64,000 nucleotides of DNA from the human T2T-CHM13v2.0 reference genome, Homo sapiens. Below, piece by piece: positions 44,846 to 58,803 of the stretch. The number at the start of each line of letters is the position of its first letter. The first letter of the stretch is position 1. The notes under the pieces are model-generated. The model was not told the origin of the DNA. It did no database searches and was given only the letters and a program-made list of their open reading frames with translations. The stretch lies in the NCBI RefSeq assembly GCF_009914755.1, contig NC_060943.1. One strand, 5' to 3'. The position numbers and the translations under genes are program-made.

Positions 44846-46139
44846 GGTCTTTGCTCTGGGCCGCAGGACACTGTCCTCTGGGCGCTGCAAGGCCGAGGCA
44901 CTATGGCTCTCGTCCTCCCTCTGTCTCCAGCTGTGCGGGACTCTGGGTTTGTGGCTGAACCTCACTGAGCTTTATTTCTACATTTGTGAGGCTGGGGACT
45001 TAATTCGTGCTCTGCTCTTGACTTCAGGATTAAGCATGGGTGTTGTGAGCATCCATAAGGCCCACCGAGCTAGGAGGTCTCCAGGGAAACTGCTTTCCTC
45101 ACCAGATGCCTGAAGGGTGCCCCATTCTGCAGGGGAGAGAAGGAGGCTGGGACCAGCCTGCCTGGGGACCCCAGTGGAGATCCGAGCAGAACTGGGTCCT
45201 ATCAAGAGAGGAGCAAGGATGCCAGTACTTCAGAAGGCTACAGTGGCGGAGACACCTTTGAAAGCATTTTATTCTGCCAAGTCAACAACCATTTATAATC
45301 ACTGTCATTTCACAATGGAAAGGGCAATGTAAGGCCAAAGGGGTGGAAAAGGTCAGAACTTGGGAAAAACTCTAATTGAATAAGTATAGCTATGCAAAAC
45401 ATAACTTGAGTCTGTTTTCCTCATTTCACTGCAAGTCAGGGCAAACATCAGCACAGACAAGCACCTGCCAGTGAGAACCAAAAAGCAGTCTTACCATTGA
45501 CTTTTAGAGTTCTTTCGACCACAGGCCAGGAGCTCCTGGCCAGCAATGAGGGCACCAGTGCCCGGCCACGAGCAACAGTGATCCCACAACAGTGGGAAGA
45601 ATCAGGATTTGCACACTCCAGTTTTCACGTGAAATCACTTAGCACTTACCCTCCCTGCCCTCACCACATCACTGCTGCACCCTCCCTGCTCAGTTTTCTT
45701 CCTCCCCTCCCCTCACGCTCCTTCCCTGCCCCTGTGAGAGCCCGGCCCTTGCCCTCTGTGACCTGGGGCTCCCCACCTCCTGGAATCTTTGGGCTGGGAA
45801 CACCTACAGCCTCCTCCAGGAACAGTAATTGGACTTTTCTTTGAGACTGTCCCCAAGCTCCTTCTCCTTGTTTATCTGCTCTGGATTAAAAGGCCATGAA
45901 GAATTGATTTTGCAAAGGCTTAATAATCAGGCACAGTGGACATGTATGTAATTGAATGACAGTTCCGGATTCATCTTTCACAACAACTGTGGTCTCAGAG
46001 CTGCTGCGCCAATGACAAAGTGGAGACAAATGAGCCCTTTTAGCATGATGCTAATTACTGCCAAGTCCAGCCTCAGGGTTTTCTCTCTGGCTGGGCTTGG
46101 GCTGGTCCAGCAGGGGAAGGATTCATAACCCTATAGTCA

Positions 46140-46648
<509 letters not shown>

Positions 46649-46739
46649 TTACTGGGAATTGGGATGGGAGGCAGGGCTGGCCTCTTTATGATTCTGCTGA
46701 GTTTCCATTAAATCAAAGCAGGTACTGCAGATCCCCCAA

Positions 46740-47040
46740 TTAGTCAGAGGGCAAATGATGGAAGCCCAACTCAAACTGCTCAGACAGTCATCGGAAGATA
46801 TTGCCTTATGCAAATACAAAGAGGCGGATCCAAGCTTCAGGCAAGCTAGATCCAGGTGCTTAAAGATGCCATTGGGCATCCACCTCTCTCCACTTACAGC
46901 CTGCTCTTAGCTGACTTCACTCTCAGGAAGGCTTGCCCCAGGCTTACATCCTCAAGCCAAGCGACCCCAGTACCCAAACAGCTCCCACTTTCCACCACTA
47001 GCTCCAGAAAACGTGGGCTTGGCTTGGATTGGGTGCCCAG
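46740..47040 (-). mobile_element. Old MLT1 remnant
   Basis: AAGCCCAACTCAAACTG..GCTTCAGGCAAGCTAGATCCAGGTGCTTAAAGATG. Confidence 0.55.
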
Positions 47041-47309
47041 CCTGGTGTATTTAACACTTACTAAGTTCCAGACACCGTGCCAGGTTCTGGAGACACCAAT
47101 ATAAGACCTGCCACCTTTACTCAAGGAGCTCACAGCTTTGCCGGAAAAACTGGGCAGTGAACAGACAACGTCATGAGTAACCTGTGTACAATGCCGTTCC
47201 CTGTGAGAGGCCGAGGGCTTTATTACAGGGCACAGCTTCACAACAAAATTAAATTTTTCTTTTAACTGTGCCATCCTCCAAGCCTCTGGCCCAAATATCC
47301 TTCACCCAG

Positions 47310-47550
47310 CAGAGTGGTGAAGAGCTCAGAGCCCCGCAGTCTGACATCTGCATCTGAATTCTGGCTCTGCCATTTAGGAGTTCTGGGAACTCAGAAAGCG
47401 AATTCATTTCTCTGTGCCTCTCTACAGTGAGGCTGATAAGAATGTCTACCTAATAAGGCTGTTCTGAGGATTCATTGACAGGATGCACACGAGGCATTGA
47501 ATTCACTGCCAACACACAACGAGCGCGGAACAAGTGGTCTTTGCTATTAT
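47310..47550 (+). mobile_element. MIR
   Basis: GAATTCTGGCTCTGCCATTTA..TCTCTGTGCCTC..GGCTGTTCTGAGGATT. Confidence 0.7.
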
Positions 47551-47590
47551 TTCTATTCCCCGCTGGCTGCTGGACTAGTGATGGGGGTTT

Positions 47591-48059
47591 TGATGCAGGA
47601 CAGGCGAGCCCCAAAGTGGGGCTTCACCCAGGAAAAAATTCAACAGTGAGCCAGTGGTAGGGTAGAAGAAAACAGCTTTATAGAAGCAGCAGTGTTACAG
47701 CTCTTGGAATGATACAGCCCAGTGATTTCCCCTGCAGAGCAGGGCTACCCACAGGCAGTATGCTGAGAGCAGCAGCTCAGGCCAGTTCCGCAGTCAGATT
47801 TATACCCACTTTTAATTACATGCAGATTAAGGGGCGGTTTATGCAGAATTTCTAGGGTAGAGGTAATAACTTTTGGGTCATTGCCATAGAAAGTGGTGGT
47901 AACGCCTGGGTGTTGCCATGGCAATGGTAAACTGACATGGCACTCTGGTGGGCGGGTCTGATGGGAAGCTGCTTCCGCCCTGTCCCTGTTTTAGCTAGTC
48001 CCCAATTCGGTCTGGTGTTTGAGCCCTGACTGCGGGGTCAAGTCCCACCTCTGACCTCA
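47591..48059 (-). mobile_element. ERV1-class solo LTR (MER41-related group; subfamily not assigned)
   Basis: TG...CA termini with perfect 4-bp TSD GTTT; TATAAA on the - strand at 47799-47804. Confidence 0.85.
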
Positions 48060-48892
48060 GTTTGAAGCCCCGCTCTGTGGGGGGAAGGCTCTGGAGTGTT
48101 TTCACCCAGCACAGACAAAGGCCCACTTTGGAGGCAGGATTCCACCAGACAGATATCTGAGACAGAAGTTGCCCCCCAAGACAAAAGGGACTCTGATGTT
48201 ACTCAGGGATGGAATTTAGAAGTCTCATGCTGGGGAGGCATGAGTTCCCAGGGTGAACACAGGAACTGGAGGTGAGGGGTGGTGCTGAAATGGGCCTCGA
48301 AGCCAGCTTCCAGCACCAGCATGTGAAGTCCTGAACCAAGGGAGAGAGGGGGTGGCAGGAGGTGGATGGGACATGTTTGGGGTGGGGGTGGCCCTTGGGA
48401 GAAAGAGTTCATGGGATGAGGCTCAGCCTCTTGAAGGGCTGGGGGTGCCAAGGCCACCCACATACCGCCAGGCGCAGCCCCTTCACGGCACATCACCCAG
48501 CAAGGACTCCAATCCCTGGGAGGGGGAAATGGACCAGGAGCAGTAGCAGGCACCTCCAGGGATGCCCAATGTGCATACCCGCTGAGGACACCGCTCGCAG
48601 TTAGAGCATGGAATCAGAGCTTTGAGGGAGGCTGGCAGAGCTCCAGTTTTGCGTGGGTTATCCACCCTCCTAAAATAATATTTTCAACATATCTGTTTTC
48701 TGCCAACAGAACGGAATCCAACTTTCTTAGCCTGGTGTGCGAGGCCCTCCCTGTCTCTGGCTGCAGCCTACAAACAGAACGCAAGGCAGCTTCCTCGGCC
48801 ACCCCGGCAATGGCTCTCACACATGTCACTGATGGGGAGGAGGAAAAAGCCCCCAGACCCCCAGACTTCACTTCCTCCAAGATCAGCAGAGG

Positions 48893-49223
<331 letters not shown>

Positions 49224-51202
49224 AAAAAATTCAAGTCTATTTTAATGTTCTTTAAATAGACTTGAGGGAAAAACCAACCCCTGGGAAAACCAGGGGCTGA
49301 AAGCCCTGTCCTCAGCGGGAGAGCCTCAGCGTTCTTACAGACCAGGTCCCTAAACATGTGGCTTCAAGGGTGTCTCCCTTTCCTCTCCAGCAGTGACCTC
49401 CTCAATGTGCCTGTTCAGTATTCCATAAACGGAGAGCATGGGATGCAAAAGCTGCCTTGGTTCAGCTGGGGAAAAAATGCCTTTGAGAGTTTTATCAACT
49501 ACTAGAGACAGCCCCTTTATAAGGAGTATGCGGAACAGCCACCCCATTGTCTGAGAACAGTGCCCATGCAGAGATGAGACCAGGGAATCCCGGGGTACAG
49601 GCATCTCCACTGGGCACAGCTACCTGGCCCACTCAAGGTTGTGGGACCTGGGGGACCAGGGAAACTACCCATCATCTGGGCTGGGCTGAGCCAATCGCAT
49701 CCTCCCACTTGAGAACTTGAGGCTGGAATCAATCCCTAGTCAGTCTTTCTTGTGCTTGAGCTGGGAGGGACGAAAGGCTGAGACAGTCATTTCCACCTTG
49801 AAGAAGGAGAAGAGAAGGTCACACAGCAGTGAGAGAAGAGAGACAACAAAGAAGGGAAGATAGAGACAGCGGCTGCTTTGCCAAGTCCCACCTGGGGAGG
49901 TTGGCTTTGCGTCCAGCTCATGGGGTCCTCGAACTGCCCCTATGTCCTTTTCCCAATTAAACCGGCCTGGGCAGTTTCCGTCCTCCACCCCCAGTTATCC
50001 CAAAGACGAATCCCAGCCACTTCCACAGCCCTCAGCAGATCCCTGGGAATACTCAACAAGACAGGAACTGAGCTTCTACCCCTTAAGCAATTCTGCAATC
50101 TTTTCTTCATTGGCTGCCTCCTCAAAGACCCCAAGTTTGGTGCCACTTGGGCTGGACACAGTGCAAGGCCCAGGGAACCAAACTCAGCCCTCTGCCAGCA
50201 CAGAATGTGAGACGCTCAAGAAAATGTTCACGCCGTGGGTGCTGCTGGCTCCTCGATGAGCGCTGGACTGAGCTATTACCATATTTCACTGCCATTTACA
50301 GAGCACAGCTGTGTGTGCTTTAGTTTAATAAACAGCCATGGTTTGTTTCCTGGGCCAATATTTCTTTTGTATTTACTGGGCTTGGTTTTTGTATCTTGGT
50401 TTAAAAGATTGGCTCATGGGTCTGCCTTGTGTCCATCACCTTATTTCTACTGACTTCTGCACTCCCAGCCGCCCCTTCTTCATGAGCTTTCAGCTTGCAT
50501 CCCCTTACTGGAAGGAGAAGCCATTCTGACACCCTAGACCCACTGTGGTTTTCTCCTCTGCCTCCACCTGGTTTCTGTATCTGCCAGGAGTCGCTTCTGC
50601 TGGGCACCCCATTGGAAAGATAGCATTGCAGAGTGAAAAACTCCAGGCACCCCCGTGCCCTGTGACTCACTATAGGACCATCACCTCTAGCTCACCATGT
50701 GATCCTGAGCATGTCACTTCCTCCCCTGGGCCCTGGTTTCGTGGTGCGCTGGAGGAAGGCACTGGCCCAGAGCTCCTCCGGCCTCCCGCAGGTCGGACCA
50801 GCCATGTGGCTGTCTCCCTGCACTCCCGCAGCTCATCAGGGCTGGGCTCAGCTAGGGGAGGTGCCTTTCCTGCAACTCACCCGCAGCTCAGCTACAGATG
50901 CACCCTTGTCAGTGCCTGGTTCGGGATACAGCCAAGCCTCTCAGGCCAGGCGCAGCCTTTCCAGATGCATGGCCCGGCTGGAGTCCTCAACTTTGTATAG
51001 TGTCCACACATGCCGCCGAGGGTCTCCCGAGTATCTCTGTCACTTTCCTGCATTGGTGGGTCCCTGTGAGCTGTCCTTCACCTCCCAAGGCTTCCACTGG
51101 GCCCTAGGACCCCTGTGTTCCAGACTGGAGTTGGGGAGCAAGAAGGTGTAAAGATTGGGATAGATAGGCACAAATGCTAAAAGCTATTTATTTTTGTCCA
51201 CT

Positions 51203-52152
51203 ATGTGGTAATTTTTAAATATCCTCATAAATATTTTGGCCCTCCTCCCTTTGCAAGATGAGCTAACCCCCTCCCCATGTGTGGGCCATGCATAATGATC
51301 CTTATTAGGAGAATGTGACGGGAGTGATGCTGTATGGCTCATGCTGTATGTATGGGAATAATGCTGCTCATGAAAAGCATAGCTTCTGCTGGGAGCCCTC
51401 TCTCTGGGATTGCTTGCTCTGAGAGAAGCCAGCTGCTGGGTCAGGGGGACACTCAAGCAGCTCGGAGACTAGAGCCGTGAATGGAGGAACTTCCTTCCCA
51501 CCAGCACCCAACACCAACTCGCCATGTAGGTAAGCCTCAGGTGGCTTTCCCCCTGAGCCTCAAGTGTATCTTCCAACGCTAGGTGAGGCTTTATGTGACT
51601 GCAACCTCACAAGAAACCCTGGGCCAGAACTCCATGCCAAGCCACCAAATCCTTGACCCAGAAACTCTTGACTCAGAAAGGCTGATAATCAGTGTTCATT
51701 GTTCAACCCAGGTGCCCATCAGCAATGGACTGGATAAGGAAAATGTGGCACATATACACCACGGAATACTACACAGCCATCCAAAAGAATGAAATCATGT
51801 CCTTTGCAGCAACATGGATGCAGCTGGAGACCACTGTCTTAAGAGAACTAATGAAGGATCAGAAAACCAAATACCACACGTTCTCACCTATAAGTGGGAG
51901 CTAAATCGTGAGTACACATGGACATAAAGATAGGAACCATAGACACTGGGGACTACTGGGGGGGAAAGAAGGAGGGAGGGCATGGGCTGAAAAACACCTA
52001 TTGGGTACCATACTCACTACCTGGGTGACGAGATCATTTGTCAGAAAGAGAAAAAAAAAGTAAAACAAAAAAGAGTAAGAAATAAATATTGATTGTTGTT
52101 TTAAGTCATTAACTTTGGGTGATGCATTATACAGCAATGGATGACTAAAACA
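51203..52152 (+). mobile_element. MLT1F-like MaLR LTR interrupted by an L1 fragment
   Basis: TGTGG.. start, GACTGCAACCTCACAAGAAACCCTG, end TTATACAGCAATGGATGACTAAAACA. Confidence 0.75.
51704..52075 (+). mobile_element. 5'-truncated old L1PA/L1PB 3' fragment
   Basis: ORF2 C-terminus (DWIRKMWHIYTTEYY..ISGS) plus partial 3'UTR; flanks GTTCATTGTT / ATTGATTGTT. Confidence 0.88.
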
Positions 52153-53193
52153 ACCCGAGTCCCCCCAGAAGCTAAGTCTGTGTCACGCATTTCTCTCTGT
52201 GCATGGAGAAGCAGGAGAGTCCTTCTATGATCGCTGAGTTGCCTTTAGTAAGATACTGAGCAGGTGAGGCTTCACTGCATTGCTGTGCAGCAACCTCACA
52301 TTTTGCCCAGCTCTCATGCACGTGGCTCAGGTGCCTCCATGCATCTACAGCCTTTAGCTGAACGAGGTCTCGTAGGGCCTGAGTAGCCACCACAGTCCAG
52401 GGCTGGTCCAGAAACCACTCACTTTAGGAGAAGCATGGCTGAGCCCAGAGAAGCTCCTGTCACCAAGTCCACAAATGCCAACACTGAGGCAGCCTCACGC
52501 ATCATGTTGCGAAAAATATTTCCCTGTAGCACAGGACCACAACCTCAGCTCAAACCTGTGCTCTGAGAACCATGGTAGGAGCATGACATGGGCAGTCAGA
52601 GATCTTTGCTAATGCAGCCTGCTGGCTTCTCCAAGGCATGTCTGGACCAAGGTGTATGAGGTTGCATCATTCCCTCCTGACACAGGCTCTAGATGCCAAG
52701 AGCTTGAGGAGAGTGAGAGGGATCACGTTTGTGCTAAGCCAGGCCTCCAGCCAAGAGTGCTGGAGGCAGCCCAGCCTCTCTCGTCCTCATGGGCAATGAC
52801 AGATCCATCATCTAAGCTCTAAGCATGGAGCCCAGTGCTGCCAGGGATGCCTGCCAGCTCTCAATGTGCCCTTATGGGCCTCGCATTATAAAGGGACAGA
52901 CATTCAAGTCAATCCAGTTTAGCAAACACTATCTGACCATCTACTGCCTGTGGGGCACAGGAGTAGTGGCTAGAGGAAAGAGGAAGCCAGTGCAGCTCCT
53001 GCCTCCAAAAGCTGCACTCTCTAGCAAGTGAAGAAATACAGGATCACTCAGGCAAAATGTGGACAAGGCTGGAGCTAAAGTATTAGCTGTCTCTGCCTCT
53101 TCTGAGACCCTAAGAATTGTGAACATTAAGAGAAGTTCTGTCAAAGGGTCTATCTTTGGCATGGGCTCTGAAGAGGTCATAAAGAAAGGCTTC

Positions 53194-53507
53194 GGCCAGG
53201 TGCAGTGGCTCATGTGTATAATCCCAGCACTTTGGGAGGCTGAGGAGGAAGGATTGCTTGAGGTTAGTAATGGACCCACTAATGTAGGAAAATTTGAGAC
53301 CAGCCTGGACAACATAGTAAGAACCCCATCTCTACAAAAAAAATTACAAATTAGCCAGGCATGGTGGTGCATGCCTGTAGTCCCAGCTACTCAGGAGGCT
53401 GAAGCAGGAGAATTACTTGAGCCCAAGGGTTTGAGGCTGCAGTGAGCTAGGAGCTAGGAGCACCACTGTACTCCAGTCTGAGCAATAGAGCAAGACCCTG
53501 TTTCCCA
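53194..53507 (+). mobile_element. Alu (AluJ-like) with a ~20-nt internal insertion
   Basis: Dimeric Alu followed by a very long GA tail. Confidence 0.92.
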
Positions 53508-54155
53508 AGGAAAGAGAGAGATCAAGAGAAAGAGAGAAGAAAAAGAAAAAAAGAAAGAAAGAAAGAGAGAGAGAGGGAGAGAGGGAGGGAGGGAGGGAGG
53601 AAGGAAGGCAGGAAGAAAGGCAGGAAGGAAGGAAGGAGAGAGAGAGAAAGAGAAAGAGAGGAAGGAAGGAAGGAAGGAAGGAAGGAAGGAAGGAAGGAAG
53701 GAGAGAGACAGAAAGAAAGAGAAAGAGAGGAAAGAAGGAAGGCAGGAAGGAAAAGAGAGAGAAAGAAAGAATGAGAAAGAAAAGAAAGAAAGAAAGGAAA
53801 GAAAGAAAGAAAAAGAAAAGAAGAAGAAAGGAAGGAAGGAGAAAGAGAGAGAAAGAAAGAGATAAAGAAAGGAAAGAAGGAAAGAAGGAAGGAAGGAAGA
53901 AAGGAAGAAAGAAAGAGAAAGAAAGGAAGGAAGGAGGAAAGGAAGAAAGAAAGAGAAAAAGAAAGAGGGAAAGAGAGAGAGAAAGGAAGGAAGGAAAAGA
54001 AAGAAAGAGAAGGAGAGAGAAAGGAAGGAAGAAAGAAAAGAAAGAAAGGAAGAAAGAGGGAGGGAGGGAGGGAGGAAGGAAGGAGAGAAAGAAAGAGATA
54101 AAGGAAGGGAGGAAGGAAGGAAAGAAGAAAGGAAGGAAGGAAGGAAGAAAGAGAG

Positions 54156-54187
<32 letters not shown>

Positions 54188-54188
54188 G
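53508..54188. repeat. ~680-bp polypurine (GAAA/GGAA/GA/GGGA)n tract
   Basis: Direct reading; expanded Alu tail. Confidence 0.97.
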
Positions 54189-54307
54189 CTTTTAGTGAGG
54201 GGCAACAACACAACAGAAGACATCATCATGGAGGTGACATCATGGAGGTGCAGGACAGCAGGGTGTGCTCAGGGACTGTGGCCATGACTCTATCATGCCA
54301 GTAGGTT

Positions 54308-54790
54308 ATTCAGGTCAGCTAGCGCCATGATAATGTTGCATAACAAACAACTCCTAACAGTAGCAGCCTACAACAATGAGAATTCGTTTCTTTGCTCACA
54401 GTTGTCTGGTTGCTGAGATGTCTGTATGCTAGACTGCTGGTCAAAGTCAGGTCTGCTGGCATGTCTTTCATTCCAGGACTTGGGCTGGAGGAGCAGTACT
54501 TACCTGGAGCACATTCTTCTCCAAGTGCAAGGCAAGAGGGCAAGAGTCCAGGTTCAATCATATTGAAAGCCTCTGGCTGGATGTGACATACATATCTGCA
54601 CACATTCCATTCGTTGGAGCAAGTCACGTGGCCTGCTCAGTAGGAGGAGCAAGTCAGTAGGGCAGAGAAGTACTCTCTGCTTACAGTGAGCCTGGAAAAG
54701 TGTGGGGAGCGAAGGAAAAACAGTGAACAAATAATACAATGCAATGCAATACAATACAATACAATAGATGGTGACCAAGAAGTCATAATA
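54308..54790 (-). mobile_element. Old MLT1 LTR remnant containing (CAATA)n at ~54733-54767
   Basis: GCATAACAAACAACTCC..TTTCTTTGCTCAC..CACATTCCATT..AAGTCACGTGGCC. Confidence 0.7.
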
Positions 54791-54818
54791 TGAGACTGGA
54801 AACACACACTAGGCCTCC

Positions 54819-55237
54819 TGTGGGAGAGACTAGATTGTTGTTCACCAAACAATTTCTCTTTTCCTCTGCACACAAAACTAGGTATTTCCCAGTCTCCTTC
54901 GCCATTAGTGTCTGAATTCTGGACAATGGGGTATAGCAGAAGTGATGGACTCTGCTTGCAGGCCCAGCCTGCTACAACTTCCTACTTCACCCTCCACTCT
55001 CTCCTTGTCTGCTGGGTAGATATACAAACCCAGCAGAGGAACCTGTGGCCCAAGGTGATGGCAGAGCCACAATGTGGAAGGAGGCTGGGTCCCTGAGTCA
55101 CCGCCTGGACAGCAGCCACCCGGAAGATCTACTTGACCCACATTAGTCTGTTTCAGCAGTTGTAAGTAAACTTGTATTGTGCTAAGCTACAGGGATTTGG
55201 GGGTTATTTGTTACAGCAGTTAATCTACCTTACTATT
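54819..55237 (+). mobile_element. MLT1J/H-like LTR
   Basis: TTTCCCAGTCTCCTT..GATGGCAGAGCCAC..GGGTTATTTGTTACAGCAG. Confidence 0.75.
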
Positions 55238-55279
55238 CCCCCGTGTCACAGAGGCCCTCGGTGTGGGGCTAAGTGAAAC

Positions 55280-55420
55280 ACACTGAGAAACGAAGTCAGG
55301 CAGGCTTGGATTGAAATATCAGCACTAGCACTGTTTAGCAGGATGACCTTGAACAAATTGCTTTACCTCTCTAGGTCTTAGTTTTTCATTTTTAGATGGG
55401 ATTTATAGTCCCTGCCTTAA
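55280..55420 (+). mobile_element. MIR
   Basis: TGACCTTGAACAAATTGCTTTACCTCTCT. Confidence 0.65.
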
Positions 55421-55997
55421 AAATATATATATATATATATAAGTGACAAACTCTGTTACTCGAAGAGGTGGGGTATCTTGCTGAGACTTGGCAGAGCTGC
55501 ACTATTGATCCAGGAGCTTACAAGAGGCTTTTGAGAGATGGCAGCATGATGTATCAAGGCTTCAGTCTTCCTGGGGCTCACTCTGCTGTGGGCAGGGAAG
55601 TGGGTGGGGAGCAGGATGGCCCTCCATGGAGTGGGCCTGGGGAGACCCCTGCTGCAAGGTAGGCAGGACCTTCTGCTTCACCAGGGGTTTCTCCACGCAT
55701 CTGCTAGAAGCTTGCAGAAAAGGGGGCTGTTGATTCTCACCTCTTAGCCTGCCACCTGCCTCTGACTCCCCAGACCCCCCACCAGTGAAACCTGCAAAGG
55801 CCCTCTGAACCCCAGATGCTGAGGCTCAAGCTTAACCAGGTAGACAGATGATCTCCCAGAGTAAGATGAGCAGAGGGAGCTGGGAGGGCTTTGGAGGCCC
55901 CAGGACAAACACCAATGCAAAGGCCTGTGGCAGCCTTGAGTCTGGGTGGCCAGGCGTTACTTACATTTTATTATTTTAGTGGGATTTTGCTGCTGCT

Positions 55998-56131
55998 ATT
56001 GTTGTTGTTTGTAGAGATAGGGGTCTTGCTATGTTGCCCGGGCTGGTCCCGAACTCCTGGCCTCAAGTGATCCTCCTGCCTCAGCCTCCCAAAGTGCTGG
56101 ACTTAACAGGCGTGAGCTACCATACCCGGTC
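55998..56131 (-). mobile_element. FLAM/Alu left monomer
   Basis: Single antisense monomer GTAGAGATAGGGGTCTTGCTATGTTGCCC..CCCGGTC. Confidence 0.85.
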
Positions 56132-56169
56132 TAGTTTTGTTCTGTTCGGTTTTTTTTCCTGAAAGACAC

Positions 56170-56430
56170 AGAGGAAGAGAGCATAGACTTGGGAGATTTT
56201 AAACTCCCAGCTCTGCCTCTTGCTTGCTGTGGGACTTCAAGCAAGCTGCTTACATCTCTGTTCCTCAGTTTCCTCAACTGTAAAATTAAGCCAATTGCAG
56301 TTCTCTCCGTGTGGCTTTTTTTTTTTTTTTTTTTTTTTTGGTGAAAATGACATGAGTTAATATTTGTAAAGTATATAGAGCTATGCCTGGGATGCATGAA
56401 GGGCTGTGCCAGTGTTTGTTCAATGAATAA
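56170..56430 (+). mobile_element. MIR carrying a T24 run (56316-56339)
   Basis: CTCTGTTCCTCAGTTTCCTCAACTGTAAAAT..ATGAGTTAATATTTGTAAAG. Confidence 0.7.
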
Positions 56431-57489
56431 AGCAGACAAGAGAGTGAGGCAAAGGGAGAGACAGGCAATGAGAGGGGGAGGTGGAGGGACTCAAGACAGA
56501 GAGAAAGAGACAGCAGTCAGATGGCACAGATAGGGAGGCCACCAGGTGCACAGACCGACAGGAACAGACAAGCAGGAAGGAGGGGGCAAAAGCAAAAGCC
56601 TTTAAAAATTAGAGAAAGAGACCCAGTGAAAAAGAAAAGGGGAGGCCAAAATCACAAAAATCCAATTAGAATGGAACACAAACGGCGTTCTTATTTAATT
56701 GCAAACTGCCAGCTCACCAGGTGGCCTTCTGAAGGCATCTCAGGTCAAAAACCATCACCCATCCCTGATAAAGCCATTTGCCTACATTCCCTGAACAGAG
56801 GGGACAGTGGCCAGCCTCTGAAAATGGTCCAGCTGTGAAAGCCCAGAAACCCCAAGCCGCTTTTGCAGCAAGTGTGCACAGGAAAACGGCAGGTCCCACA
56901 CATTTCCCGGCACTGGACACTCAGATCCTGTCTCCTCCCAGGGCACCCCAGTTCTACCCATGGCCCAGACCCTCATCCTGTCAAAAGTCCCTAGGACAAG
57001 GCTTGAGACAAATTAAGAATTTTATTGAAATTTTTATTTCCCAATGCAGCCAAGCTGACAACCTCTCTCTCAAGTTTCAGCCTAATGTGATTTCAAATGG
57101 CAGCCTTATACACCTCTGAAAAATGGTGTTTATAATCAAAGCACCAGCAGCTCCTTAACTCTAGGGGCACTCCTGGGCTCAGCTGTAATGACATTAGCGT
57201 GTTTAGAGCTGTCAGAAGCAATGTCACTAATCTGCGTCTAGGAGGGAAGAGGCAATGATAAATGAATGGCGTCTCTCACCATAACGGGTGTCCCTGGTCC
57301 GCCAGCTACCTGCCTGGCAAACAGCTATGACTCAGTCCCTGCTAAGCAGAACACTGGCCCTCTCCCTGGGGTCTGGGTCTGCCTGGTAGGCTTGGACAAT
57401 CACAGTACCCAGGCAGAGAAGGAGTGAATCAGAAGCACCGTGGTGATATGGAAACCACTGAAGCTAAGAAACACGGCAGCACTTGGTGA

Positions 57490-57953
<464 letters not shown>

Positions 57954-58803
57954 ACACCTTTGCTCTTGACTTCATCTTATAAATGATGGAACACATAGGC
58001 AGACGTACAGCTCCATTTTCCAGCGCGTAAAACAAGGGCATGACAGTCCAATTCTTGGGGGTGTCACAGGGATGCTGGGGAATGACGGATTACAGTGACA
58101 TAGATGGCTCAGAGGGTGGCACACAGCAAGCCCTCAGCAGGTGTGACCTGCTGTCGTCCTGGCTGCTATCATTCCTCATCACTTTTATTAGCTTCTGTTA
58201 ATATTGTAATGAAATTAAGTGACATGGCATGTTTTCCCATGCAGACTGAATTCCCCAGGGCCTGAGTCCACTCCCACTTTTGTCTCTGACCCCAGATGCA
58301 ACTAGAAATGCACTCAAAATGTATATCTCCCTAGCACATCCGCCAGAACAAACATCAGCGTGCCGTCCCTGAGGGACCAAAACAGACATCCCCAGAGCCT
58401 CTGCCCCATGTCTCACCTGCAGCTGGGGCTAAACAGTCATCATTGCAATGAATCAGCACAGGACTTTGATTATGGAACCATCAGCATCCCCGTTTCAGAG
58501 AGGAGAAACCGCAGGATCAGAAAGATTCAGCAGGAGGAGAGGCGGGAGGCTGACCTGGGTCTGGAAGTCAGGAAGGCTGGTGCTTCACACTTCACTCCCA
58601 TGTCTGGCCTTCCATGTGGCCCCTCCCACAACTCACAAGATGCTTCTGCAGGCAACACCAGCCTCCCTTGGAAACAGAAGGGCCACGACAGGGCACACAT
58701 TCCCGTGTCGGATGGAGTTGGTGGGGAAAAGATAAATTAGCAAGAGTGGGGGAAGAAAAATAACTTCCTGAGGAGAGAGCAGCGGTGCTCAGTTTTCTGG
58801 GAA

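Noticed and set aside
53413-54304. 266-, 235- and 177-aa ORFs (Phe/Leu/Ser- or Lys/Arg/Glu-rich)
   Set aside because: Translations of the GA repeat.
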